A DNA stretch of 64,000 nt from Escherichia phage nepoznato: the sequence record NC_052658.1; one strand, 5' to 3'. Position 1 is the first letter of the stretch. The number at the start of each line of letters is the position of its first letter. Shown here in pieces: positions 44,385 through 53,170 of this stretch. The notes beneath the pieces were generated by a model that was not told the DNA's origin, searched no databases, and saw nothing but the letters and a program-made list of their open reading frames with translations. A program made the position numbers and the translations under genes.

Positions 44385-45034
44385 TGTCAAATTCAAAACC
44401 AGTGGTTGCTTATCAAGTAGATCGTAATGATGGTGAAGGAAGTGTTGTTATTTTCAGTACACACGGTCTTGAGGCTCGTCGAAAAGGTGCATATCGTTTA
44501 GAATGTGAGTTTGAAGACTGCACAAGCCACCGTGTCAAACAATTCGATCAATATGCTGATAAAGGCTTCGTCCCTATCAAAGCCTTACTGGAAGATGGTT
44601 GGTGGGTATATTCTGCTTTTGATGGTGTTAGACTCGACGAACCTGTAGGAGGTCTTGAGGCAGATTTTGATGAATGCGAAGATGGCTTGTATATTGAAGA
44701 GGATCTTGTATTCTCCCTTGACGAGAAAAGTGTGTGGAAGAACTGGGAAGAAATGGAACGTCACGCGCATTTTATCAACAATGCTTTGATTCGTAAAGCT
44801 TGGTTTATGGAGGCGGTGAAGGTAGCGTATCCGCAGTTCACCTTTACAGAGGTTTGGGGCGGTCCACACCACATCACCCATACAGCATTTTTCGACTTCC
44901 CTGGTTCACGTTACAAAGGTAATATAATGTGGGACTGGGATGAGAATAAAGTACCATCTGTTAAAGACTTTCGTTGCTATGTTTGCCAAGGTGATCAAGA
45001 AGCCCTTGACAAATACCTACAAAGTCTGGTATAG
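44384..45034 (+). CDS. hypothetical protein
   Basis: 216 aa ORF. Confidence 0.4.
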   Translation: MSNSKPVVAYQVDRNDGEGSVVIFSTHGLEARRKGAYRLECEFEDCTSHRVKQFDQYADKGFVPIKALLEDGWWVYSAFDGVRLDEPVGGLEADFDECEDGLYIEEDLVFSLDEKSVWKNWEEMERHAHFINNALIRKAWFMEAVKVAYPQFTFTEVWGGPHHITHTAFFDFPGSRYKGNIMWDWDENKVPSVKDFRCYVCQGDQEALDKYLQSLV

Positions 45035-45052
45035 TGCCAACATCTGAACAAA

Positions 45053-45080
45053 GCCTCCTGTTTCAGGGGGCTTTTCTTTT
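45053..45080 (+). terminator. intrinsic terminator
   Basis: GCCTCCTG-tttc-AGGGGGC followed by TTTTCTTTT. Confidence 0.55.
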
Positions 45081-45092
45081 ATAGGAGGGAAT

Positions 45093-45572
45093 ATGTTTCA
45101 AGTAAATATCAATGTGCATAATAGTTACTCTGATTGTGAAACGTGTGGCTATAATTCATCTAATGTTGTTCGTATTAGTGGCGATTTAGGAGAAGCTTCT
45201 TTTGGAGAAGAAGCAAGTTGCTTTAGTGGTATGGATGCAGAATGGAATGATATTGCACATTGGTTGGTGAGCAAACTAAAAGAAAAAGAGAAACCCTTTC
45301 CTACTCTGCTTGATCGTTCCTTTGTAGAAGATGCAGGTAAAGCATATGCGGATTATGCTTATGCAGACGGGAAATATTTGGAAGATGATAAGGCTAACCA
45401 TTTGCTTTATGTTTATTATGAAGCTGAATCTGCCTACGATAATTATTATAGCATGTCTAACATCCTCCGTCTATTTGCAGAGTTTGATATTTATTTTGAA
45501 GTAGAATTTTCAGAAGATGATACTTACGAATATGATTCTTATGATCCATTTGAGGAGGACGAGGGTGAATGA
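45093..45572 (+). CDS. hypothetical highly acidic protein
   Basis: 159 aa rich in Asp/Glu/Tyr; C-terminus ...EDDTYEYDSYDPFEEDEGE. Confidence 0.4.
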   Translation: MFQVNINVHNSYSDCETCGYNSSNVVRISGDLGEASFGEEASCFSGMDAEWNDIAHWLVSKLKEKEKPFPTLLDRSFVEDAGKAYADYAYADGKYLEDDKANHLLYVYYEAESAYDNYYSMSNILRLFAEFDIYFEVEFSEDDTYEYDSYDPFEEDEGE

Positions 45573-46309
45573 TAGAACGAAAACCCTTACCAGATAGAGA
45601 TTACTTGTTATCAAGGTTTAGTGTGGAGAATGGTCGTCTTGTTTGGAAACCTAAACCTTCTACAACAAAAGAGAACAAAAGGTGGAATAGCAGATACGCA
45701 GGGAAGATTGCAGGGACTATTGATAAAGTTGGTTACTCTCATGTCAAAATAGATGGTATTGTATACTTGGAGCACAGAGTTTGTTTTAAAATGTACCATA
45801 ATTACTGTCCAGATGTTATAGATCATGATGATGGCAATAAGCTTAATAATGCGGAAAGTAATTTATTGGATAGTAACTATTTATTAAATAATAACAATAG
45901 ACATGTGGATGGGTTAGAAGGTATTTATGAAAAGGATGGTGTTTTTCTTTGGGTTATAAACTACAACCAAGAAACTTTCTCTGTTTCAGGTTTCAAAACT
46001 AAAGAGGAAGCTACTGTAGCTAGAGCTTTAGCAAAACAAGAAATTTTGAAAGGATCTTATATCAAAAAAGAAAAGAAGCGTATAGATAACACTTCAGGAT
46101 TAAGTTGTGTGTTTGTGGCAACAAGAGAGAGAACATTCTTTTTCAAGTTTGTGTTTGACAAGACCACGTATTGCAAATATGGTTTCAACGATCCAGAGAG
46201 ATGTGCTATAGCTCTGGAGAAGCTAAGGTTGAAGGTGATGAAAGAAAAATATAAACCTGCAAATAAAAGCATTTGCGAAAAACATAAGGAGGAGATTTAT
46301 GCCGCGTAG
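45569..46309 (+). CDS. HNH endonuclease
   Basis: 246 aa; ...DVIDHDDGNKLNNAESNLL HNH core. Confidence 0.6.
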   Translation: MIERKPLPDRDYLLSRFSVENGRLVWKPKPSTTKENKRWNSRYAGKIAGTIDKVGYSHVKIDGIVYLEHRVCFKMYHNYCPDVIDHDDGNKLNNAESNLLDSNYLLNNNNRHVDGLEGIYEKDGVFLWVINYNQETFSVSGFKTKEEATVARALAKQEILKGSYIKKEKKRIDNTSGLSCVFVATRERTFFFKFVFDKTTYCKYGFNDPERCAIALEKLRLKVMKEKYKPANKSICEKHKEEIYAA

Positions 46310-47114
46310 AGTCATATTCATAACTGGCGCAGGACTATCTGTGGATAGCGGTATCCCAGCTTTTAGAACAGATACTTCTTCAGGGGAGGCGTTATGGTCT
46401 TCTTATAATCTTTCTGAAGTCTGTGACATTTTCAACTTCCGTGACGGTTATCAGCAAGAACAAGGTATTCTTGATGCTATGGGCGGTTTAGATGCGGAAG
46501 GATATAACCTCTACCGTAAAACTCACGACTTTTACAATAAACGTCGCGCGGAATTAGAGAAAGTTGACCCGAATCCGGCACATCTTCAGATTGGGGAATG
46601 GTTCAAAAAACATGGTGCAGAAAAGATTATTAACATCACTACTAACGTTGATGACCTCCTTGAACGAGCAGGAGTAGATAGGGAAGAAGTGCTACATGTG
46701 CATGGTTTTCTTCCTGAAATTACTTTTCAAAGAAAAGCTGGACAACCTACAATTGTAAAAGATGTTGGTTATCAAGCCATAGATGTAGATGACTACCATT
46801 ATGTAAAACCTAATGTAATCTTCTTTGGGGAAGCTGCTCCACTTTACACAGATATGTATCATATTTTTGATACACTGACGGCTCAAGATATGGTTATCGT
46901 TGTAGGCTGCTCTAACCAAGTAATCAACTTCAACTGGGAACTCTTCCCTGCCCTGAATATTGGGGTTAAGATGGTTGTAGTTAACCCAGGTTTGAATTTT
47001 GTAGAACAAACTCTCTACGAAGAACGTGGAGTGCTTGTCTACCGAGAGAAAGCAGGAACAGTCTTCAGTGATGAAGGCTTTATCAAAATGGTCGAAGACC
47101 ACTTAAACAAATAA
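46299..47114 (+). CDS. Sir2-family protein (NAD-dependent deacylase / ADP-ribosyltransferase-like)
   Basis: 271 aa; ITGAGLSVDSGIPAFR, TTNVDDLLERAG, LHVHG, NVIFFGEAAP; no CxxC zinc module. Confidence 0.65.
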   Translation: MPRRVIFITGAGLSVDSGIPAFRTDTSSGEALWSSYNLSEVCDIFNFRDGYQQEQGILDAMGGLDAEGYNLYRKTHDFYNKRRAELEKVDPNPAHLQIGEWFKKHGAEKIINITTNVDDLLERAGVDREEVLHVHGFLPEITFQRKAGQPTIVKDVGYQAIDVDDYHYVKPNVIFFGEAAPLYTDMYHIFDTLTAQDMVIVVGCSNQVINFNWELFPALNIGVKMVVVNPGLNFVEQTLYEERGVLVYREKAGTVFSDEGFIKMVEDHLNK

Positions 47115-47123
47115 ACCACTCAA

Positions 47124-47146
47124 GGGGCTTCGGCCCCTTTCTTATT
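47124..47146 (+). terminator. intrinsic terminator (GGGGC-UUCG-GCCCC)
   Basis: Hairpin followed by TTTCTTATT. Confidence 0.55.
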
Positions 47147-47157
47147 AGGAGAATAAA

Positions 47158-47430
47158 ATGACTGAAGAAATCCGTGATTACTACCTTGCACATTACGTTT
47201 ACTACTTTGCTAATGCTACACAAAAAGGGGAAGGTAATCTTTACTTGGCAACAGGGCATGGAACAGGTGTTAGGAAATCAAATATTGATAATGCCTTGGC
47301 TCAAGTGGCTGCTGGGCTAGAAGATAAACTTAAAACACCTGTAGTTGTAGTGATGCAAAACATAAGTTACCTAGCAAGTTGTACTGAAACCGAATTTAAC
47401 GCGTCTGAAACGCAATCTAACGAAGAATAA
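47158..47430 (+). CDS. hypothetical protein
   Basis: 90 aa ORF; last plus-strand gene before the convergent terminator. Confidence 0.4.
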   Translation: MTEEIRDYYLAHYVYYFANATQKGEGNLYLATGHGTGVRKSNIDNALAQVAAGLEDKLKTPVVVVMQNISYLASCTETEFNASETQSNEE

Positions 47431-47440
47431 AATAAAGGCA

Positions 47441-47475
47441 CCCACTTGGGTGCCTTTCCTATTTTAGAGCGTCTC
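47441..47475. terminator. bidirectional intrinsic terminator at the convergence point
   Basis: Hairpin GGCACCC-actt-GGGTGCC with T-run downstream on the plus strand and A-run upstream. Confidence 0.6.
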
Positions 47476-47499
47476 TGTTTGATTTAGGTGGGTTCTAGC

Positions 47500-47730
47500 T
47501 TACTTGTGTAGTGCTCTCTCGTATAACTCAATAATCAATTCATCCTCTACTGTAATACGCGCCATTTGATCCGTCTTAAGGATTGTTGGTTGGTAGTGGT
47601 GCATTTCACTATTGATACTACAATCCCATTCGTCATTACCTAAATACTCTCCTATGTGGATCTTAACCATAAACGGAAACGGGTTATCTACCAAAAATGC
47701 CATACAACCTTCTTCGATTTTATTTAACAC
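47500..47730 (-). CDS. hypothetical protein
   Basis: 76 aa ORF. Confidence 0.35.
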   Translation of the reverse strand: MLNKIEEGCMAFLVDNPFPFMVKIHIGEYLGNDEWDCSINSEMHHYQPTILKTDQMARITVEDELIIELYERALHK

Positions 47731-47821
47731 ACGACCTCCTATTGCTACAGATATGAAAAAACCCGCCGAAGCGGGTTCTATTGCTACGATAGAATCACTA
47801 TCCTATAGTATTGTTTCTGTG

Positions 47822-48103
47822 TCAAGCCTTAGCGTAGAAAAACTTCTCATATTCAGCTTTTGTTACGATTGTGGGGCAACCTTTTGTTCCATCCTCGATA
47901 ACAGGGGCTTCTACCATTCTGGTGTTGAATAAGCAATAATTTCCACGCATGTAAATACCCAGTTTTGTTTCTACGATGTGCTCTTTACTTACACTTGAAA
48001 ACTTAATCTCACCATCGGAGTCTCTTATAGCAATAAGCGCATGTTCGGGCCAATCTTTTCCTTTTGCTCCTAAAGCATTATACAATTCTTGAACGAGTTC
48101 CAT
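47822..48103 (-). CDS. hypothetical protein
   Basis: 93 aa ORF. Confidence 0.35.
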   Translation of the reverse strand: MELVQELYNALGAKGKDWPEHALIAIRDSDGEIKFSSVSKEHIVETKLGIYMRGNYCLFNTRMVEAPVIEDGTKGCPTIVTKAEYEKFFYAKA

Positions 48104-48115
48104 ATGACCTCCTTA

Positions 48116-48316
48116 TTAAATAACAAATTTTTCTTCTTCTGGCTTATCGTAATCTGGAGAATAAACATGTGCGGGATTAAAACCTTTAAAATTTCCGCGA
48201 CCTTTACGTGGACAGTTGAATGTGCGAGCTTGATGATCCCCAAAAGATTTCCCACAATGCATACATTTAAAATCAGTGCGTTTAGTCATGCCATATCTCC
48301 TTTTAAAAGGCTGCAC
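48116..48316 (-). CDS. hypothetical zinc-ribbon protein
   Basis: 66 aa with CMHCGK...FNCPRKG. Confidence 0.35.
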   Translation of the reverse strand: MQPFKRRYGMTKRTDFKCMHCGKSFGDHQARTFNCPRKGRGNFKGFNPAHVYSPDYDKPEEEKFVI

Positions 48317-48452
48317 CTATTGAAGATGCAGCTTTGATAGATTATTTAGATGAGTCTAAAATGTCTTTTACTTTTGCCGTGATAACGTCTTGATATTTGT
48401 TAATAAGATAGCCTACAACTACACCTACGATAAATGAAACCATTATTTCTCC

Positions 48453-49061
48453 TTATTTAAGTGGTGAGAGAACAATCTCTCGGTTTTTTAAGAACCAAAG
48501 CATGTCATCTTGATCATAGTCTGATCCCTCTGTAGTAGAATTTTTGATAGAATCAAAAAACCAACGAGGTATGCCAAAACAACTTCCAGATGACTGCACG
48601 TCTTTCTGCGACATTTTAAATGTGATTGGAAAATCACAATTCTCAATCTCTCGGATATCTGCTGAAGATAATATTGTAACTTCAACCAGTTCGTCGTTAG
48701 ATGTAGTATCGTTGTCTTCCTCAATAATGTCAAGTGCTTTTTGCACATCTTTTACATCTAATGTTAAACCTGTGGCTTTCTGAAAAGCCGAAACAAAAAT
48801 GAGAGCTTCTTCAGAGCAAGGGGCTTCCAGCAAATGAGCCATAATAGGTGACAAGCAAATGTTAAGATCTTTGTCATACCAACGAACAATCCACACAGGT
48901 GTTGATCCGTTTTGTTTGTCACGAGCCAAAATTGTAACGTGCTGACCCTCTTCTGGTATATGATACAAACCAGAAAAACCAGGGCCTGTAGTAGATTTTT
49001 TGACACGTGCTACATGTCCCACTTCTAAAGGATCTTTACCATCCCAAATCTTCTCTTCCAT
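48453..49061 (-). CDS. hypothetical protein
   Basis: 202 aa ORF. Confidence 0.4.
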   Translation of the reverse strand: MEEKIWDGKDPLEVGHVARVKKSTTGPGFSGLYHIPEEGQHVTILARDKQNGSTPVWIVRWYDKDLNICLSPIMAHLLEAPCSEEALIFVSAFQKATGLTLDVKDVQKALDIIEEDNDTTSNDELVEVTILSSADIREIENCDFPITFKMSQKDVQSSGSCFGIPRWFFDSIKNSTTEGSDYDQDDMLWFLKNREIVLSPLK

Positions 49062-49069
49062 ATAACCTC

Positions 49070-49333
49070 CTAAATAACATCTTTGAAATAGTGAATCACT
49101 TCAATATTATGATACAAAGTGCTTCGCTCTTTTGTGTACTCTGTTTTAGTAACAAACACTTTTGCAATACCGTACTTATGTGCTGGTAGGTTTGGATTAG
49201 TTTGCATAATTTCTTTCACTACGCTTATAGTTTCGTGCTCGGATTCCCAATAAGTGAAGTAACCCTCACTATCAACGATTAAAGACTCGTTTTCAAGATC
49301 TACAAAACAGAAAAATATTGACGGATGGCTCAT
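49070..49333 (-). CDS. hypothetical protein
   Basis: 87 aa ORF. Confidence 0.35.
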   Translation of the reverse strand: MSHPSIFFCFVDLENESLIVDSEGYFTYWESEHETISVVKEIMQTNPNLPAHKYGIAKVFVTKTEYTKERSTLYHNIEVIHYFKDVI

Positions 49334-49497
49334 TCTTTTTCTTCAACCTTCCTCAAAGCTTTTTGATCGAATATGGCGTGTTGCAATTCCCCGTTTTCAT
49401 CGAACCAAGTTACTTTACAAGATTCACCATAACTTTCTATTACTGTCATTTGTTTGTTTGCACCTTTAAGGCAAACCACATCACCTACTTGCATCAT
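49330..49497 (-). CDS. hypothetical small protein
   Basis: 55 aa (below track cutoff), MMQVGDVVCLKGANKQMTVIESYGESCKVTWFDENGELQHAIFDQKALRKVEEKE; ATGA overlaps with both neighbours. Confidence 0.35.
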   Translation of the reverse strand: MMQVGDVVCLKGANKQMTVIESYGESCKVTWFDENGELQHAIFDQKALRKVEEKE

Positions 49498-49943
49498 GAT
49501 TGAGTTCCTTTTTGTTTTTCAATAGCTGCACGAATTTCTGCTAAAGGTTCTGCTACCAAGTCTTCAACTTCTTGGATTTGTTCATTCATCACATCACGAA
49601 CCATTTGAATACGCTCTTCAAGGGAAACAGCAAGTTCATCTGCATAAGCCATATTAAGAACGTGGTAGAAATTTTCTTGTGCACTTAAAGCACCAGATAA
49701 CAAATAATCCTGATCTTCCTCTGGTAAAAGCATGTGTTGCTCATATTCAGCAAAAGTGTTTTTGTTAATCTCAAGCAAAGCACCCATCATAACATCATAC
49801 TGATAATCTTTATGACCAGGATTGTTTAAAATAATATCTTCAAAGATATTAAGAAGAATCTTAGTAACAAAAGCATTGTTTTCGGCACCTTCCATCTGAC
49901 GGATTACCGTGATTACTTCTTTTTCTTTAGCGTTTTGGCTCAT
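49494..49943 (-). CDS. hypothetical protein
   Basis: 149 aa ORF. Confidence 0.4.
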   Translation of the reverse strand: MSQNAKEKEVITVIRQMEGAENNAFVTKILLNIFEDIILNNPGHKDYQYDVMMGALLEINKNTFAEYEQHMLLPEEDQDYLLSGALSAQENFYHVLNMAYADELAVSLEERIQMVRDVMNEQIQEVEDLVAEPLAEIRAAIEKQKGTQS

Positions 49944-50133
49944 AGTGTTTCTCCTCTGATTCTATTTCGATATAGCCTGTGGTTTTGCACGGGTTACACT
50001 CGTAAATTTGACCTACATCCGCCATAACATATCCTGCACCACCACAATAGGGGCAAGGCATAGGAGGACAAGGTATGGACGTAGTGATTGTTACGACATT
50101 ATCAATTTCCAACATTTTCGCCATTATTACCAT
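49927..50133 (-). CDS. hypothetical Cys-rich protein
   Basis: 68 aa with CPPMPCPYCGG...CNPCKTTG. Confidence 0.35.
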   Translation of the reverse strand: MVIMAKMLEIDNVVTITTSIPCPPMPCPYCGGAGYVMADVGQIYECNPCKTTGYIEIESEEKHYEPKR

Positions 50134-50372
50134 TCCGCTATTAACGTCAAACCAAGTGCATCGTTAAAACGCTCAACATTTGAGTATAGGTATGGAGGGG
50201 TTATTTGCTCTAAAATTTGTGCTGCTTCCACTTGGTGCTCTATGTTTTGAGAAGTTCGGGCATAAACTAAGACACCCATTTTATTCAAAATAAAAACAGA
50301 ATCAGACCCATCCAGCTTATCAACGGCTGCATACATTTTAGTCATATTTTCTCCTGGATTACCATTCAGCAA
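50127..50372 (-). CDS. hypothetical protein
   Basis: 81 aa ORF. Confidence 0.35.
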   Translation of the reverse strand: MLNGNPGENMTKMYAAVDKLDGSDSVFILNKMGVLVYARTSQNIEHQVEAAQILEQITPPYLYSNVERFNDALGLTLIAEW

Positions 50373-50574
50373 TAAGACTAGGATTCATAGCAAAAGCTTT
50401 GAAAGTTGTTATGTCATGACTAACATTAAAACTAACGCCTTTTACTTTCTCTAGTATTTGAACTTTCGTCTCTCCGTCCCACGGTAGTATGATAACACCA
50501 TCTTCTGTGATCAACCACCAATGGTTCTCTCCATCTCGTGAATCTTTTGCTTTGTATAGAAAATTGGAACTCAT
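50359..50574 (-). CDS. hypothetical protein
   Basis: 71 aa ORF after RBS AGGAGGAAG; first gene after promoter 50613-50641. Confidence 0.4.
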   Translation of the reverse strand: MSSNFLYKAKDSRDGENHWWLITEDGVIILPWDGETKVQILEKVKGVSFNVSHDITTFKAFAMNPSLIAEW

Positions 50575-50612
50575 TCTTCCTCCTGTTCGGTATTATTCAC
50601 TTGTGAGACACA

Positions 50613-50641
50613 ATGTAACACAAGCTTTGTGAGTTTGTCAA
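50613..50641 (-). promoter_or_regulatory. sigma70-like promoter (TTGACA, 17 bp, TTACAT) with operator-like inverted repeat in spacer
   Basis: Minus-strand reading CCTTGACAAACTCACAAAGCTTGTGTTACAT; spacer contains CACAAAGCTTGTG. Confidence 0.45.
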
Positions 50642-50934
50642 GGATCTAATTACATTCTACAGAAGAAGAGGGTTAATAACTATAGGAATAGTCTTACTAT
50701 AGGTGCAATACTAGTTAAGAGTTAGATTGATAGGTAAGATTTATCTTAAACACATAATTGATAGGTGAACCAGCATTGACTTTTTCAAAAAAATATGGTA
50801 CCCTAAACATATGTTTACGAGCGATAGCGAGTAGTAGATTTCTATATAATAATGTTTCATGTTACTCACGATAGTGAGGTATGAAACGTAAGTGAAGGTA
50901 GATAAACTATGATCATCTATCTACCATCTATTAA

Positions 50935-51144
50935 TCAGTATAGATCTAATGTTAGACTAACAGTTATCCAACAAACAATAACAGTCCATATAACAAGTAA
51001 TGATCTACAAAATACATCCCATTCAAATACATTGTATGTTAACCATTCTCCCATCACAACAGAAGAACCTAACCAACATCCAACAATAACTATAATCCAA
51101 TAAAAGAATCCTACAGTGGAGTATATAGCAAAAGCTTTTAACAT
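50935..51144 (-). CDS. hypothetical small membrane protein
   Basis: 69 aa with two hydrophobic segments. Confidence 0.35.
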   Translation of the reverse strand: MLKAFAIYSTVGFFYWIIVIVGCWLGSSVVMGEWLTYNVFEWDVFCRSLLVIWTVIVCWITVSLTLDLY

Positions 51145-51557
51145 CTTTCCTCCAGAAGTTGTTCAACAGTTTGACGAGTATGATTGTCCCAGTAAACCTT
51201 AGTGAAGTCAAGAGTTCCTTGTTCGTTTCTCTTAGTTTCGAAGAAGTATCCGCCTTCTCTTTCTACTCTGTCTCTAATGTGCTCTATGAGGTGCTTTTTA
51301 CAAGATGCTGATAAACAGTAGTCATACTCCCCACGAAGTAACGCTATAGCTGCAAGTCTGTTATCACCAACTTGAGATATTGTCCAAGAAAGCATACTAC
51401 CTTCTATACCTAAAGGTGTTTGTCGGATTGAATATCCACCATACCGACTGATAGAAATTATGGAGAGTGGTTCTCCTGTTAGAGATCTTCCTAATGCACC
51501 TTCTGTTGGACTTCCTTCAATAATACGTTTGAAAAAAGCTTTGATCTTACCTAACAT
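51138..51557 (-). CDS. hypothetical protein
   Basis: 139 aa ORF. Confidence 0.4.
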   Translation of the reverse strand: MLGKIKAFFKRIIEGSPTEGALGRSLTGEPLSIISISRYGGYSIRQTPLGIEGSMLSWTISQVGDNRLAAIALLRGEYDYCLSASCKKHLIEHIRDRVEREGGYFFETKRNEQGTLDFTKVYWDNHTRQTVEQLLEERC

Positions 51558-51701
51558 AAGTCCCCCTTAAAAACTTACTTGTTTAAAGTATCTCTTACTT
51601 GTTCTGCTTGACGTTTAGTAATAAAAGTTCCAACAGAAACATTAAACTCATTGACTACAGAGAACGATCCATCACGATTCTCACGAATATTAAACAACTT
51701 C

Positions 51702-51905
51702 TTACTCATTACTACCTCCTTCAATGCTTTGTGCCGTACCGTCCCAAGACATTAGAATGTTTGCCAATAGTTCACGAGGCTCTTTAAACCAAACTTCCAT
51801 CTCATCTAGAATCTCGTCCGTGTCGTAAGTATAACCTGGAACACCAAGTTCACATTTCTTAAGGTAGCTTTCTAACCAACGGTGATAATTCTTAACCCCA
51901 TTCAT
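51702..51905 (-). CDS. hypothetical protein
   Basis: 67 aa ORF. Confidence 0.35.
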   Translation of the reverse strand: MNGVKNYHRWLESYLKKCELGVPGYTYDTDEILDEMEVWFKEPRELLANILMSWDGTAQSIEGGSNE

Positions 51906-52230
51906 ACTGTGCTACCTTTTCTTTTACCCAATTTACACGATCTTTGTCATAATGTTGAGTGCCAATGAAAAGAGCATTGTGGAAGCTTTCAGCACCGAAA
52001 GGGTAGATTGGATCTAAACCATCTTCTTCAAATAACATTTTTAGTCTCTTTGATGTAGATTTCTTAGTTTCTGAATCGTAGCTTGTGGTTATAAGCCAAT
52101 CTTCCAAACAACGACATAACCCTTGACGAGAATCCCAAGGAAAAACACAATCTCCGACAGGAGCTTGTTCAGCCCATTTCAACCAGCCTTTAAAAAAGTT
52201 ATACAATATGTAGTCTTCAGTGTAATACAT
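51892..52230 (-). CDS. paralog family member A (GLCxCL / [YL]PF / WVK[DE]R motif family)
   Basis: Track ORF 51892-52278 trimmed to the second Met at 52230, which follows RBS AAGGAGG and matches the starts of the paralogs. Confidence 0.45.
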   Translation of the reverse strand: MYYTEDYILYNFFKGWLKWAEQAPVGDCVFPWDSRQGLCRCLEDWLITTSYDSETKKSTSKRLKMLFEEDGLDPIYPFGAESFHNALFIGTQHYDKDRVNWVKEKVAQYEWG

Positions 52231-52245
52231 TAGCGCCTCCTTTAC

Positions 52246-52276
52246 GTATACAATAACACCCCGCAGAACGGGGTGC
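52246..52276 (-). terminator. intrinsic terminator/attenuator hairpin
   Basis: Minus-strand CACCCCG-TTCTG-CGGGGTG followed by TTATTGTAT; between CDS 52282-52893 and CDS 51892-52230. Confidence 0.45.
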
Positions 52277-52281
52277 AACTA

Positions 52282-52893
52282 TTATTTAATCTGTTTAAAA
52301 ATTTCGTTTGGAACGGTACCGTTTAAAATACCTTCTACGATCTCTTGTGCAGATGTGTAAGAGAGTCCAAAAGAAGCTACGCCTAAAATTGCCTCCTTCA
52401 AAGGATCTGGCAGGGGTTCAAAATTACCTGCAACAAAGCCACCTGCACAAGCAGCGCCTTCATCATCCCAGAAAACAACTGCTACATCGTTACCATGCGA
52501 AGTTGTGCGATGTGCAATAACTTCAACTTCTGTTCCTTCTTTAGGAACAGAATAAGAACTGTCCCAAGAATATCTTTCCAAATCAGGAACAAAGATAACC
52601 TTTTCACCTACTGGCGGCAGTTCACAACGATAATACCAAGAATTTTTTTCGTTCATTGTTTTATTTTCCTCCACGTCTTCAAAAGTAACGATCCAATCGT
52701 AGCCGTAAGAAAACGGATATTTTAGATCTAAAGAATAAGTTTGACCTAGATCGTCCTCAACAAGAACCATCCTGTCAAAGTTTGCGATGTTAGGATTATG
52801 TTTAATGACAGGGTATGTTTCCCCTACAGTAAATTGTCCCAAATGGTAAAGTTCATCTCTCCAAGTAATTTGGATATGAGTGCATTGAATCAT
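52282..52893 (-). CDS. hypothetical protein
   Basis: 203 aa ORF. Confidence 0.4.
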   Translation of the reverse strand: MIQCTHIQITWRDELYHLGQFTVGETYPVIKHNPNIANFDRMVLVEDDLGQTYSLDLKYPFSYGYDWIVTFEDVEENKTMNEKNSWYYRCELPPVGEKVIFVPDLERYSWDSSYSVPKEGTEVEVIAHRTTSHGNDVAVVFWDDEGAACAGGFVAGNFEPLPDPLKEAILGVASFGLSYTSAQEIVEGILNGTVPNEIFKQIK

Positions 52894-52897
52894 AAAA

Positions 52898-53170
52898 TCA
52901 CCCCCAAGAAATATTTATATATCTTACAATGTTTGCACTGTCTAAAGCCATGTTTGCACCACACCCACGCTCGCGCCAATAACTAACAATACCTTCACAG
53001 ATACTCTCTTGTATCTTCTTATCACTTGGCATTTCTAGTATAAGACTTGGGTTGTGGATGTTTATGTTATAATATCCTTCCTCTGCGGCTTGAGCTACCA
53101 ATTTACTTACTTTTTCAAAGTACGGGGAATTAGTGGCATCTGCCATTGCTTTTAAGGTTTGTCTATCCAT
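52898..53170 (-). CDS. hypothetical protein
   Basis: 90 aa ORF. Confidence 0.35.
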   Translation of the reverse strand: MDRQTLKAMADATNSPYFEKVSKLVAQAAEEGYYNINIHNPSLILEMPSDKKIQESICEGIVSYWRERGCGANMALDSANIVRYINISWG

